In this document: piece by piece, positions 9,815-20,116 of the stretch
Layout of the letters: every line of letters begins with the position of its first letter
Numbering within the stretch: the first letter of the stretch is position 1
NCBI GenBank assembly: GCA_965197475.1
Contig: CBDANF010000003.1
Span: forward strand, 3,712,001-3,776,000
Source of the DNA: Candidatus Poribacteria bacterium
GTDB lineage: Bacteria; Poribacteria; WGA-4E; WGA-3G
DNA length: 64,000 nt
Direction: 5' to 3'
Notes under the pieces: generated by a model
Told to the model about the DNA's origin: nothing
Databases searched by the model: none
The model's input: only the letters and a program-made list of their open reading frames with translations
Position numbers and translations under genes: made by a program

Positions 9815-10729
9815 GTGAAACTGGTAAAAGCATGGTGTCTTCTTGTCCTCTATTTATTCGTTTTTGTTCAGGCAGGTATTGCAGAGAATGACCTTCATAC
9901 TGACAATATTGTCGTAATCCTTGATGCCTCTGGCTCTATGAGAGAAAAGTTTCGTGCAGACCAGACGAAGTCTAAGATGGACGCGGCTAAGGCAGCTCTC
10001 AAGGAGGTGTTGGCAAAAGTTCCTGATGGCACCAATATCGGGTTACTCGTATTCAGTGGTCGCAATATTCTGGACGATTGGGTGTATCCGTTGGGGCCAA
10101 AGGATACAGATAGACTGATAGCGGCGATTGATTTGCCACAGCCTGAGGGTGGCACCCCGCTCGGAAGATATATACGCATTGGGGCAAATCGTTTACTTGA
10201 GCAGCGGGAAAAACAGTATAACTACGGTAACTATCGGTTGTTGATTGTGACGGACGGTGAGGCACAAGATCAGGACAGAGTAGCGCAATATACACCTGAG
10301 ATTTTGAACCGACAGATTCGCGTGGACGTTATCGGTGTTGATATGAAAACCGATCACAAGTTGGCAACGGATGCGGATAGTTATCGCAGAGCGGACAATC
10401 CGGGTGAACTTGTGGCAGCAGTCTCGCAAATCTTTGCCGAAACTGGTGGAACTGGGACTGACATTGATGGTGAAGATGCATTTGAGGACATTGAACCGCT
10501 CTCATCGGAAGTCGCTTTAGACCTTATTCAACGAATTACAACACCGCCGAGAAATACCGCAATTACTGTCGCACCAGAAAAGACCGCGCCATTGCAACCG
10601 CAAACACCGTCGCCACAACCGATACCACAACCTGTCCAAAAACGCAGTAGTGGCAACAGCGGATGGATCATTATCGGTCTCATTGTCGTAATTGTAGGCT
10701 TTATTATTTTTAGACGAATGGGGAGATAG
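9815..10729 (+). CDS. vWA domain protein with signal peptide and C-terminal TM anchor
   Basis: MIDAS motif DASGS..GGTPL..VTDGE; Pro/Gln linker; C-terminal WIIIGLIVVIVGFIIFRR. Confidence 0.85.
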   Translation: MKLVKAWCLLVLYLFVFVQAGIAENDLHTDNIVVILDASGSMREKFRADQTKSKMDAAKAALKEVLAKVPDGTNIGLLVFSGRNILDDWVYPLGPKDTDRLIAAIDLPQPEGGTPLGRYIRIGANRLLEQREKQYNYGNYRLLIVTDGEAQDQDRVAQYTPEILNRQIRVDVIGVDMKTDHKLATDADSYRRADNPGELVAAVSQIFAETGGTGTDIDGEDAFEDIEPLSSEVALDLIQRITTPPRNTAITVAPEKTAPLQPQTPSPQPIPQPVQKRSSGNSGWIIIGLIVVIVGFIIFRRMGR

Positions 10730-10749
10730 TCGTTGGTTATCAAAAGTCC

Positions 10750-11145
10750 GTAGGTTGGGTTGAGTGCGCGAAACCCACAACTGTCAATTTAAGGAAATAA
10801 ACCTGTATTTTGGATGTGTGTAGCCCCAGAGGGGCGAAAGGTGTATAGAACAGTCGTAACGCCCATCCACAAAGCCCCAGCGGTGCGAAAGGTGTCCATT
10901 ATATGTGGTTGTAATACACCTCATGCAGCATGCCATACGCGCATGCTGCACCGCTGGGGCTCAAGAGGGTGTTGGACTGTTTTCTATACACATTCCGCAC
11001 CGCTGGTGCTGCTGCCTTCTTGAATCAACACCTTTTTTGCTTATAGCGCACACTAAGTTGACAGTTATGGGTTGAGTGCGCGAAACCCAACAGCATACAT
11101 CTATAGACACCATAAAATGTTAGGTTCACGCTGTTCAACCCGTCG
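10750..11145. repeat. Cluster of REP-like palindromes with a nested repeat element
   Basis: GTAGGTTGGGTTGAGTGCGCGAAACCC at 10750 and a second copy near 11069; CTGTCAATTTAAG ... TAAGTTGACAG enclose CCCCAG(A/C)GG..CGAAAGGTGT repeats. Confidence 0.7.
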
Positions 11146-11223
11146 ACTGTCATACGTGACATTCGACGTGGATTACCTAAATACTGTTTGCAATCATCGT
11201 TTATAGGTATTAGGAATAAAGAT

Positions 11224-12831
11224 ATGGAAGCCAAAAAAAGAAGCAGAATCATCATGGTGGCGAGTTGGCTGATTATCATCGGTATAATCGGACTTGCCTA
11301 TAAGTTTCTCGTTGAACCCCGTATTGGTGGTAGACGCGACAAACTCGTTGAAAAAACCAGTACGCAGCGATATGACCACGAAATTAAAGTGGCACACGAC
11401 TCTTTCCCCGGATACGCGATACTTCGATCAGACGCTGTAAAGAACCTACTGGATCGTCAATCGATTAAGCTTACCTTTGTTGACGATAAAGCCGATTATG
11501 TCCGCAGAGCACGCGACCTGAAAAGTGGTAAGGTGAAGATGGCAGTTTTTACCGTTGATGCCTACCTAAAAGCGGGTAATGTAATCGGTGATTTTCCTGG
11601 TTCAATTGTTCTCGTCATTGATGAATCCAAAGGTGCAGATGCGATTGTTGCACACAAGCGAGGCGTTGCAACCATCCCAAATTTGAGCAATCCGAAAGCG
11701 CGTATTGTGCTTACACCAGATTCACCGAGCGAAACACTCGCCCGAATTATGATTAACACGATGAGTCTACCGAGCCTCCCCGCTTCTTGGGCATCCGATG
11801 CAAACGGTGCTCAAGATGTCTATAAAAAACTCAAATCCGCGGATCCAGATGAGCCGTCCGCCTACGTTTTGTGGGAGCCTTACGTGACAAAGGCACTCGC
11901 GATTGATGGTGTGCATCTGCTGTTAGACAGTTCAAAACTGAAAGGTTATATTGTTGATGTGTTAGTGGTGCAGCGCGAATATTTAGACTCACAACGCGAA
12001 CTTGTTACACATGTTGTGCAGGCGTATCTGCGTGCAAACTATGATTATACTAACCAACCTGACGGGTTGCTGTCCTTAATCGAAGCGGACGCTAAGCAGT
12101 ACGGCGATGCACTTAACCGAAACGAGGCGAGTCAACTTGTTAAAGGCATTGAATGGCGGAACACCGTTGAGAATTACGCCCATTTCGGAGTAATTTCTGG
12201 GACAGAAGCAAAAGAGACTGAGAAACTTGAGACGATGATCGCTAAGATCATGCAAGTACTCGTCAAAACCAATTCACTCTCAGCAGACCCGTTGTCGGGG
12301 AAGTACGGAAACCTATTCTATGAAGGCATTTTGCGCTCACTTCACCATGATAAATTTCATCCCGGTGTGTTGAACGCAAGTGGCACGGACGGGTTAGATG
12401 ATATTTTCGTTGATACAGCACTTGTCGTAGAGGAGGAAGTTCGGGAAGAGACTGCGCTGAATCCGCTATCTGACACAAATTGGAACACGCTCGCGCCTGT
12501 CGCAGCGATGAAAATAGAACCGATCCAATTTGGTAGAGGGAATGCTCGCATTCATCGTGACAGCAAACGTGCCCTCACTGAAATTGCATCAAACCTTAAA
12601 TCGTTTCCGCAGTATTATCTCAGAGTTGTTGGTCACACGCGCAAAGAAGGAGACCCGGCGGCAAATAAAATTCTTGCTACACAACGATCTGATGCGGCTG
12701 CCAAGGCACTTAAAGAACTCGGTATCGGGAGCCACCGCATCCGTGCAATTGCGAGTACCCAAACCTCTACGAAGATGCAAGGAGGCGCAGCACAAAGCGT
12801 TACGTTTGAACTATTGGGAAAACCTTATTAG
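11224..12831 (+). CDS. Membrane-anchored substrate-binding/OmpA-like fusion protein
   Basis: N-terminal TM; DSFPGY, DESKGADAIV, LWEPYV and IVDVLVV; C-terminal VVGHT and LATQRSDAA. Confidence 0.8.
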   Translation: MEAKKRSRIIMVASWLIIIGIIGLAYKFLVEPRIGGRRDKLVEKTSTQRYDHEIKVAHDSFPGYAILRSDAVKNLLDRQSIKLTFVDDKADYVRRARDLKSGKVKMAVFTVDAYLKAGNVIGDFPGSIVLVIDESKGADAIVAHKRGVATIPNLSNPKARIVLTPDSPSETLARIMINTMSLPSLPASWASDANGAQDVYKKLKSADPDEPSAYVLWEPYVTKALAIDGVHLLLDSSKLKGYIVDVLVVQREYLDSQRELVTHVVQAYLRANYDYTNQPDGLLSLIEADAKQYGDALNRNEASQLVKGIEWRNTVENYAHFGVISGTEAKETEKLETMIAKIMQVLVKTNSLSADPLSGKYGNLFYEGILRSLHHDKFHPGVLNASGTDGLDDIFVDTALVVEEEVREETALNPLSDTNWNTLAPVAAMKIEPIQFGRGNARIHRDSKRALTEIASNLKSFPQYYLRVVGHTRKEGDPAANKILATQRSDAAAKALKELGIGSHRIRAIASTQTSTKMQGGAAQSVTFELLGKPY

Positions 12832-12838
12832 AATTATA

Positions 12839-12985
12839 ACGTGAGTTAGATAATAAGATCCAAATGTAGATGTCCGTTGGGTAGAGCGCAGCGAAACCCA
12901 GCAATTCAACCTCAACCGTTGGGGTGTAAAAATAGTTGGGTTTCACGTTGTTCTACCCAACCTACGGCATTTTTCGAACTCACGC
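12839..12985. mobile_element. 147-bp MITE with IS982-type ends and 7-bp TSD, carrying an inverted REP pair
   Basis: ACGTGAGTT...AACTCACGC ends match the IS982 end at 31540; flanked by direct repeat AATTATA (12832-12838 and 12986-12992). Confidence 0.8.
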
Positions 12986-13032
12986 AATTATAGTGAAAGA
13001 AAATATGTAGACATCTGTAGGAGGACAGAAAC

Positions 13033-13932
13033 ATGTCAATCAATAGAAAACAGACAAAGAAAACCAAGCATCGTTTCTCACGCCGTGCCTTCATCAAAAG
13101 TTCTGTGGGACTTGCGACTTCCGCGGCGGCTGGCGGCGGATTGCTTCGGTCAGCGGAGGCACAGTCCCAGTTTGGAGAATATATCCTTTATGATTCTACA
13201 CGCGATATGCACTGGGCTTATAATACACGCACTGGCAGGCGAGAATTCATTGAACACCATCACCCTGGCATGGATCCGACAGGCGAAAAATTCACATTTG
13301 TCCGGCTCAAATACCCCGGCGGCGATTGGTATACCAATCTCGTCAACACTTATCTCTGGCAATCAGATCTAATGTTTTCGCAGGTGCTTGCCAAGAATAC
13401 CGCAATTGATGTTAACCTGCGTAACCATCCACAGTACGTAGACATAGATGATTCTTGGCTGTTTAATTATCCGTTTCTCTATATGACAGGACACGGCAGA
13501 ACCCGGAGCGGAATGCGGCTTTCTGATGCTCAGATCCGCAAGTTGAGAGAATACTTTGAACGTGGCGGCTTCCTCCACGTCGAAGATTGTGATGCACGTC
13601 TTAACAACTACCGCGGCGGCTTGCGCCCGCATATCTACGAAATGATGCGGCAGGTCTATTCGGAAAAGAAATTTGAACATCTGGAGATGAGTCATCCGAT
13701 TTATCACACCCTCTATCCGCACGATGAGTACCTCGGCGGCGATAAACGTATCCGCGGCATCTCCGATTACGACGAGGCAATCATGGATGGAGACCGCGTG
13801 ATTGTCTATTTTTGTCCCAGCGATCTAAATTGTGCGTGGGAGGGCAGACCGTGTAGTCCCGGCGGCGAGGAACAACGGATGTGGGCATTTGAGCAGGGTA
13901 TGAATGTTGTGGCGTATGCCCTTACGCGGTAA
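13033..13932 (+). CDS. Tat-exported DUF4159 domain protein
   Basis: SRRAFIK twin-arginine motif plus AEA cleavage site; YPFLYMTGHG, GGFLHVEDC, HPIY, DLNCAWE and GMNVVAYAL. Confidence 0.8.
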   Translation: MSINRKQTKKTKHRFSRRAFIKSSVGLATSAAAGGGLLRSAEAQSQFGEYILYDSTRDMHWAYNTRTGRREFIEHHHPGMDPTGEKFTFVRLKYPGGDWYTNLVNTYLWQSDLMFSQVLAKNTAIDVNLRNHPQYVDIDDSWLFNYPFLYMTGHGRTRSGMRLSDAQIRKLREYFERGGFLHVEDCDARLNNYRGGLRPHIYEMMRQVYSEKKFEHLEMSHPIYHTLYPHDEYLGGDKRIRGISDYDEAIMDGDRVIVYFCPSDLNCAWEGRPCSPGGEEQRMWAFEQGMNVVAYALTR

Positions 13933-13964
13933 TTTATAGTCAAATCGAAACAAGGAATACCACG

Positions 13965-13989
13965 GTAGGAGCGGTTTCCTAACCGCTCC
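13965..13989. repeat. GTAG-type REP hairpin between convergent genes; may act as a terminator
   Basis: GTAGGAGCGGTTTCCTAACCGCTCC followed by a T-run. Confidence 0.65.
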
Positions 13990-13992
13990 TTT

Positions 13993-15240
13993 TTATGTAC
14001 GTGTGAATGTCCGTGGAAGTTGTGCAAACAGTTTTTCGCGAAAACGTTCGTAGGCAAGGTTTGTCCCTGCGATGTTACCCGATGCGGGTCCGATTTGGAG
14101 TTGCGCAACGGTGCCTGAGCCAAACAGATTCTCGATTGGGTGGAATTGTAAATTGGAATCTAACTGCGGAAAACCACAGACAAGTGGGATCGGGTGCTGC
14201 CGAATTAGTTCTCTTAGGAATCCGTAACGGCGAAGATTAAATCTATACCCCGTTGCAAGAATAACACGGTGAACATTCGTAATCATTCCGTGTGTTGTTT
14301 CAACCTTTAAGCCCTGTGCAGAGTTATCCTCTTTCACAGCGACAATGTTGTGGATATTGGTTTCAGGATAGATATGTACTTTTGCGGTATCCTTCAGAGT
14401 TTCCATCACATCGGAAGTGATGCTACCTTCCCCTCTGTTTTCTTGGATAATTTGGTATCGCCGCTGAAAATCGGTCTCGCTTTCAAATTCGGTAAGTGCT
14501 TTGGGACCTAACCAGATCGGCGGAAAATCGAACTGTTCTGTCTTCAACTGCTTCCGAGCAATTAGCACCACGTGATACCCGCGTTCACTGAGACTTCTCG
14601 TAAGCGTTCCTGCTGTCAATCCACCCCCAACTATCACCATTTTACCGCTATTCTCTACCCATTGTTTGCAATTCACTGAAAATTGGGATGCGTGTACAAT
14701 CCTATCCGGATATTGGCGTTGCCATTCGGCAAACTCAGGTGGTACGTAAGCGCAATCCTCAGCACCGATAGCAACAATAACACAACGACTGCGAAACCCT
14801 TGATTGTTTGCCGAAATCAAGCGAAACGGATATTTTCCTGCCCCTTTGTCCCACCGTAATTTAGCCACCTCAAACTGATAGTAGACAGGATACTTCACGA
14901 TTTCAGCAAGTGCATCGTTGCAGAAATCCCAAAAGATCGCGGTAGATGGTTGCGAGTATGGCGGTGCCAATTCATTTGTTCGGTTGTGGCATTCAGCATA
15001 TTCAACGATACCTAAAGGATCGGGGGTAATATGATGCACTGCTGGGGAACGGAGAAACGTCATACCTTGACATTCCGTTTTGCTTCTCCATTCGGTGAGC
15101 GGTTGAGGATGCCGGTCTAAGATTGCGATGTGTCGTGCTGCTGTCGGCATGTCGCGTAGCAATCGGAGGGCAATAGAGATGCCGTGAATGCCGCCGCCGA
15201 TAATGGTAATCGGTATGTTACGATGAGCAAGAGTTTTCAT
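13993..15240 (-). CDS. FAD/NAD(P)-binding oxidoreductase (lysine/ornithine N-monooxygenase-like)
   Basis: IIGGGIHG, VGGGLTA and ILATGY dinucleotide-binding motifs. Confidence 0.75.
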   Translation of the reverse strand: MKTLAHRNIPITIIGGGIHGISIALRLLRDMPTAARHIAILDRHPQPLTEWRSKTECQGMTFLRSPAVHHITPDPLGIVEYAECHNRTNELAPPYSQPSTAIFWDFCNDALAEIVKYPVYYQFEVAKLRWDKGAGKYPFRLISANNQGFRSRCVIVAIGAEDCAYVPPEFAEWQRQYPDRIVHASQFSVNCKQWVENSGKMVIVGGGLTAGTLTRSLSERGYHVVLIARKQLKTEQFDFPPIWLGPKALTEFESETDFQRRYQIIQENRGEGSITSDVMETLKDTAKVHIYPETNIHNIVAVKEDNSAQGLKVETTHGMITNVHRVILATGYRFNLRRYGFLRELIRQHPIPLVCGFPQLDSNLQFHPIENLFGSGTVAQLQIGPASGNIAGTNLAYERFREKLFAQLPRTFTRT

Positions 15241-15257
15241 ATTCGCATTACAAAAGC

Positions 15258-16097
15258 TTAATCTGTATGGGGTCCGGGTAGGTGTACACTTTTTAGCGCG
15301 AAGGTTTGTGTCTGAAATGTATCGGTAGCGCGGTAACGGCTGAATCTATACCGAACAACACCGACTGAAGGCGCAACCCAATATACTGCAGGAGGACTAA
15401 TCAGACGAATTGACGGGTCATCACTGATGCCGTAAACTATCTCCTCGTAAACAAGATATGTATTGTAACTTCCCGCAGGCACGGTAACTGGCACATTCTT
15501 ATCTGCGACAAAACGGGTAGCAGAAACAGGTATTCCTGCAGTTTTTTCAAAAACAACCCATTCCTTGCCGACTTCCAATGGAAAATCCCATAGCCGACGT
15601 GGTGGAAAATGTTTTTGGTGAATTACTGGATTTTCGAACGAATGTAAGATATCAAATGCGGATTCTATAAACGCTTGCGGTGTTTTTGTAAAGTAGGTAG
15701 CCAAAATTGGATATGAGCATCCTTCAAAAAAATCAGTATCTAATCGAATGTAGTATGCATTCCCTGCCAAGTGATCAACTACTTCAAGGTCGCATTCGTC
15801 GAGTTCGGCGGGACTAATTTCCCTGATGGTCGTTTGTTGGCGATGTGTCGTTCCGCTGATGTCGCGAGTGCCGCCAATGCGTAGCGTGTGTTCCTGCCCA
15901 GTGTCAACATTGATGTATGTCCATGCTGATCCCGTATCTGTCGGGAAATCAATAGCGTTGAACACTCCTACTGTATCGGGTGAGGGCAGTGTGGTTTCAC
16001 CGTGCGGATCAATCAGTCCTTCTTCGCCACAACTCATGAGAAGCAGTAATAGAACGAGAATGACATAACGAGATACTGAGAACCGATAACTATTCAT
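15258..16097 (-). CDS. Hypothetical lipoprotein
   Basis: ATG at 16097 overlaps the upstream stop (TAATG); lipobox LLLMSC; C-terminal VTVPAGSY...WVAPSVGVV motif shared with 43649-44563. Confidence 0.75.
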   Translation of the reverse strand: MNSYRFSVSRYVILVLLLLLMSCGEEGLIDPHGETTLPSPDTVGVFNAIDFPTDTGSAWTYINVDTGQEHTLRIGGTRDISGTTHRQQTTIREISPAELDECDLEVVDHLAGNAYYIRLDTDFFEGCSYPILATYFTKTPQAFIESAFDILHSFENPVIHQKHFPPRRLWDFPLEVGKEWVVFEKTAGIPVSATRFVADKNVPVTVPAGSYNTYLVYEEIVYGISDDPSIRLISPPAVYWVAPSVGVVRYRFSRYRATDTFQTQTFALKSVHLPGPHTD

Positions 16098-18742
16098 TAT
16101 TTCACCACAGAGAATTTTCCGGTACTTTGGAATCCATTTCCATCGGTAGCACGGAAAAAGTAAAGTCCGGTGCAGACGTTTTCGCCGCGTTGGTTTGTGC
16201 AATCCCATTCGGATGCGTTATCAATTACCTTAATTAAATTGCCTAATACATCGTAGATTTCAACTTTTAATCCTTTTGGATAAAAGGTTAGATGCCCCCC
16301 TTGCCCAGCACGAAGCGGATTAGGTGCAACCAATACGTTTCGGTTTGTGTTATTCACAACATACTTGAAGGTTTGTCCTTGCCAAATTTTATTCCCTGTT
16401 ATACCAGAAGGCGTTTTCCCGCTAATCTTATAGAGATAGATGCCTGTCGGTGGAAAACCGTTTGTGCGTAGGGTTCCGCGCCATTTTGTCGCCGACTCTT
16501 GCGTCAAAATGATGGTATAACTGTCTTTGTTAGGACTTTTTACCAACAACTGCGGAGCACTTTGCAGGGAACGTGTGCTTTGAACTTCAACATACCACTC
16601 ACCTGTGCGATGTGGTTGTGTAGTAATGAAGAATGCAGGTGCCTCGTTTGCTGTATCAACACTTGGCGTAATACTATCCGGTGCTATGCTTGGTGTTCCC
16701 ATAATGCCTATCGCGTCAACAGGCACAACGGCATATAAATAATGAACCTTTTTGTAATAATAAACGTGATCTGGATCGGTAAAGTCTAAATCAACATCTT
16801 GGAAGATGGTAGTATCTTCAAATTGGGTTTGATTTAGACTCACACGTCCAACGATAGTTATATTATCTTCAGGGATGCCGTTACCATCGCGGTCAGTAGC
16901 GGCGATCACTTCATCGGAATTTTGAAAAGGTTGGGGGACATCCGTTTCGTGCTGTAGTAGAGAGCGTTTTCTGACGATTACAACTCCCCGAATACCAGCT
17001 AGATTGTCAATATTCCACGTCACAAGAGGTCCATTAGTGCCTTGAGAGACTTGAGCGTTTGAAAGTTGACCTGTCGGAGGTGCACCTGCCATATAACTGA
17101 TAGAACCGCCAAAAGTACCACCGGGAATTATAACCTGTTCAACATCAGGGTGCATATTAATAAGAACGAGCGTAATTTCCTGAATGTCTCCTCCAAAATC
17201 TGTGAACGTCATTTGCGCTTCTTGGGAGCGTTGATAGGTGAATGCTTCTCTGATTTCGGTGCTTCCGTTCCGTTTTTTGACGACAAATTTGGCTGCCCAT
17301 CCACGCAGTCCCGTAAATGTGTGTCGGTTTAATTCCCTTTGAATTCTTGCTTGGTCGGTTTGTGTCAAGTTACTCATATCTATGGGTGCAAGGTCTGCAC
17401 CATCAATTTTAATTCCGAATTCCGGCATAATACCTGCTGGACGGAAGACAATATACCGACACGAAAAATGTTCTGGCATTGCTTCTGAATTGAAATCGGT
17501 ATGAATCGGATAATGCGTGTGAACGTCGTTTAGATGAATGGCAACAGGTGGAAACCGATCTGCGTTCCTATAGCCGGGAAGTTCGCTGTTTGTATTGGCG
17601 CGAGTATGTGTGAAATAGTTCCACACCGTAAAAGTTTTGAATGCTTCGGCAAGCGTCGTGCCGTTATTGATAAAGACATCGTCGAAATTAGCCATCTCAC
17701 GATAGCTTCCATCGGTGGAGTCTCTGTAAAATTGCCGTATGATGTCATAGCCAAACCTTTCTGCCATATACAGTGCCCATACTACCGAACCGTACTCGTG
17801 GTCACCGATGCGGCTTTCAAGCGAAATATCGGGAATGAGAAACCAACGGCGGAGTTGATGGATGTAATAGTTGTAAGAATTTGTTTCGTTAGGTTCATCA
17901 GGATCGGGGAGCGTATCGCCATCGTCAATTACTCCACCATCGTAAGTCATAACTTCTATCCACGTAGCGGATGCCTCCATGAACCATGTCGGCATATAGG
18001 CATTGTAGGCGAACTGAATGCCGTGCAAAAATTCATGTGCACACGTTGTTTCAAGATAACGTATTCCCTCCGCTTTTCCAACATAATCGTAAATACGGGA
18101 ATTGATCATGAAATAGGGTGCCACTGTCAACGCAGTGGATAATACACGACCTTCAAACCAGTCTGCGGTTGTGATACCGAGTGCGGGGAATGTAAAGAGA
18201 TATACATCAAATCTACGGTCGCCTCCATTTTGTGCTGCCCAAATATCAATGTATGGGGTCTTGAAACCCATCAGGTCAATTTGGAGGTGATGAGCACGTT
18301 CCATAGCATCAGCACAGAGATCGACATAATCAGGAACACCGTTGCGCGGGTGAAAATCCTCAAGCGGCGGGGCATGCGGTCCAACGCGCGTGTAATGAAG
18401 TCTGAAGTGCGGTGTGTTGAAATGTTCTGACAATTTGATATCACCGAAAAAACTACCGGGGAGTCCAGGTCGTAGGAAAATTGGCTTAAGTTCCTGACGA
18501 TATGTTGAAGGGATATTTTGCCAATTCTTTGCGATGGTGACAAAACTATCGGTTGCGCATTCCGTTATTTCGTTTAGGGTGTATCTTGGCTTGAGATTGG
18601 TGAACTTTCGGGCAGTTTGGATTGCACTTTGGAGTTCAGCGTCTGGGGGGAGTGTGTTTCCGACAGATAGAAATGTTACAAAGAATAGGATAATGGGAAT
18701 AGACAGTGATTTCATTGTTTGTGTTAGTTTATGTGTGTACAT
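16097..18742 (-). CDS. Secreted putative zinc metalloprotease with C-terminal T9SS/FlgD-Ig-like sorting domain
   Basis: HEFLHGIQFAY...WFMEASATW (HExxH plus downstream E); C-terminal VAPNP...IYDVLGNLIK...WDCTNQRG...GLYFF. Start may be 18715. Confidence 0.75.
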   Translation of the reverse strand: MYTHKLTQTMKSLSIPIILFFVTFLSVGNTLPPDAELQSAIQTARKFTNLKPRYTLNEITECATDSFVTIAKNWQNIPSTYRQELKPIFLRPGLPGSFFGDIKLSEHFNTPHFRLHYTRVGPHAPPLEDFHPRNGVPDYVDLCADAMERAHHLQIDLMGFKTPYIDIWAAQNGGDRRFDVYLFTFPALGITTADWFEGRVLSTALTVAPYFMINSRIYDYVGKAEGIRYLETTCAHEFLHGIQFAYNAYMPTWFMEASATWIEVMTYDGGVIDDGDTLPDPDEPNETNSYNYYIHQLRRWFLIPDISLESRIGDHEYGSVVWALYMAERFGYDIIRQFYRDSTDGSYREMANFDDVFINNGTTLAEAFKTFTVWNYFTHTRANTNSELPGYRNADRFPPVAIHLNDVHTHYPIHTDFNSEAMPEHFSCRYIVFRPAGIMPEFGIKIDGADLAPIDMSNLTQTDQARIQRELNRHTFTGLRGWAAKFVVKKRNGSTEIREAFTYQRSQEAQMTFTDFGGDIQEITLVLINMHPDVEQVIIPGGTFGGSISYMAGAPPTGQLSNAQVSQGTNGPLVTWNIDNLAGIRGVVIVRKRSLLQHETDVPQPFQNSDEVIAATDRDGNGIPEDNITIVGRVSLNQTQFEDTTIFQDVDLDFTDPDHVYYYKKVHYLYAVVPVDAIGIMGTPSIAPDSITPSVDTANEAPAFFITTQPHRTGEWYVEVQSTRSLQSAPQLLVKSPNKDSYTIILTQESATKWRGTLRTNGFPPTGIYLYKISGKTPSGITGNKIWQGQTFKYVVNNTNRNVLVAPNPLRAGQGGHLTFYPKGLKVEIYDVLGNLIKVIDNASEWDCTNQRGENVCTGLYFFRATDGNGFQSTGKFSVVK

Positions 18743-18755
18743 TATTCTTATTTAA

Positions 18756-18993
18756 ATGTGAGTTCGGTATAAGAAATTTGACGTTCTTGAAGATTTTTAT
18801 TTCTGGTTACCTATTTACGCAATTATGGATATTCTCTACAAACATATTGATAATTTCAGAGTAAATGCAAAATGGTTGCGTTGACAAAATGTTGATAACT
18901 CTTATTAGAACTGACTTCATGGGTAGTTTTGCAGTATAGGCTTTTTCAGAGTGAGTACTCTGAAAAGAAAACAATACTTTGGTCAATTCACGT
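18756..18993. mobile_element. Degenerate IS982-type MITE (238 bp)
   Basis: ATGTGAGTTCGG ... CAATTCACGT ends; flanks TATTTAA / TATTGAG resemble a decayed 7-bp TSD. Confidence 0.5.
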
Positions 18994-19022
18994 TATTGAG
19001 CTAACTTGCAGAATTTGCAAGT

Positions 19023-19185
19023 TATGGTAAAATTCATAATTACTTATACGCTGCTGTAGCGCAAACTGTCAGTTCACACAGATACGGAAACACAAACTAA
19101 CAGTTTGTGCTACAACATAGGACGGTAGGTGCGGTTTCAAACCGAACTTCCCAAAAGTGTTCACATATTTTAGGATTTTACTATA
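19023..19185. mobile_element. TA-bounded MITE-like shell containing GTAG REP hairpins
   Basis: TATGGTAAAATTC ... GGATTTTACTATA (11/13 inverted match); internal GTAGCGCAAACTG..CAGTTTGTGCTAC and GTAGGTGCGGTTTCAAACCG. Confidence 0.6.
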
Positions 19186-19231
19186 TTATACACGCTGGAG
19201 GGATAAAATTCAAGGCGAAACGAAGATATTA

Positions 19232-20116
19232 CAGAGCCATTCAATTTTCGAAATACATATTGTTGTATAGGTTATCATCATGTGTGGCCTGACTTTTCAC
19301 GCCACACATGATGGACTTCACCTTAGAGATTAGTCTAAAATCATTTGAGGTGAAAAATGACAAAACAAAAGTCTTGTCATCTACTTGAAATGTTAGTAGA
19401 AGTTCCTGATTCTCGCAAGTCACAAGGCAAACGCCATCCGCTCCCAGCTATTTAGGTCTCACGGTTGTCGCAATGCTGTGTGGGTATCGCAGTTATAGTG
19501 CTGTTGAAAACGGACACGGTTGGATACAAACACGCACGCTTACTGCCAGCACCGCCTCACAGACTATTTGGCATGGCCGGGGCTTGCACAAGTAATACCA
19601 TTTCTAAGTGAGTATATTGCATTAATTCGTAGGTTGGGTAGAGCGGAGCGAAACCAATAGCTGTCAACTTAAGAAAATATCTGTGTTTTTATGAACACTT
19701 CTCAATAGGCATGATGATTGAGACTGTCCTACATATAGTCCCTACGGGGTTGAAGACGACATATCATTATCACAAAAATCCTTAAGTTGACACATAAGGG
19801 TAGAGCGGAGCGAACCCAACAAAAGTGTGAAAAGTTGGGTTTCACTGGCCACCTCGCTGGAATGTGTAAGTATGTAATTTAAGATATGTTTGGCTATCAG
19901 CATTTTCTTTCTCAGTTTCGTTCTACCCAACCTACAGGTTACTATGACAATTTGTCAATTAGATATGGTATAATGTGTGCATTACGAAATGCGGTGATCA
20001 GTCTTTTGCGCACATCTGGATACGCTGAAATAGCATATTCACGCCGATATTTTGCCGCACATCCAGAGCAAGCACTCAAATTCATCGGGAGAGATACCGA
20101 AAATTGAATGGCTCTG
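19232..20116 (+). mobile_element. Internally deleted ISAs1-family element with nested REP cluster (about 19629-19934)
   Basis: Perfect IRs CAGAGCCATTCAATTTTCG / CGAAAATTGAATGGCTCTG; fragments VPDSRKSQGKRHPL, VVAMLCG, ENGHGWIQTR and ALRNAVISLLR typical of ISAs1 transposases; frameshifts. Confidence 0.85.

Noticed and set aside
10750-13000. Recurrent ~30-bp palindromes as a possible CRISPR array
   Set aside because: Copies are dispersed, inverted and irregularly spaced with no unique spacers or cas genes; they fit REP elements.
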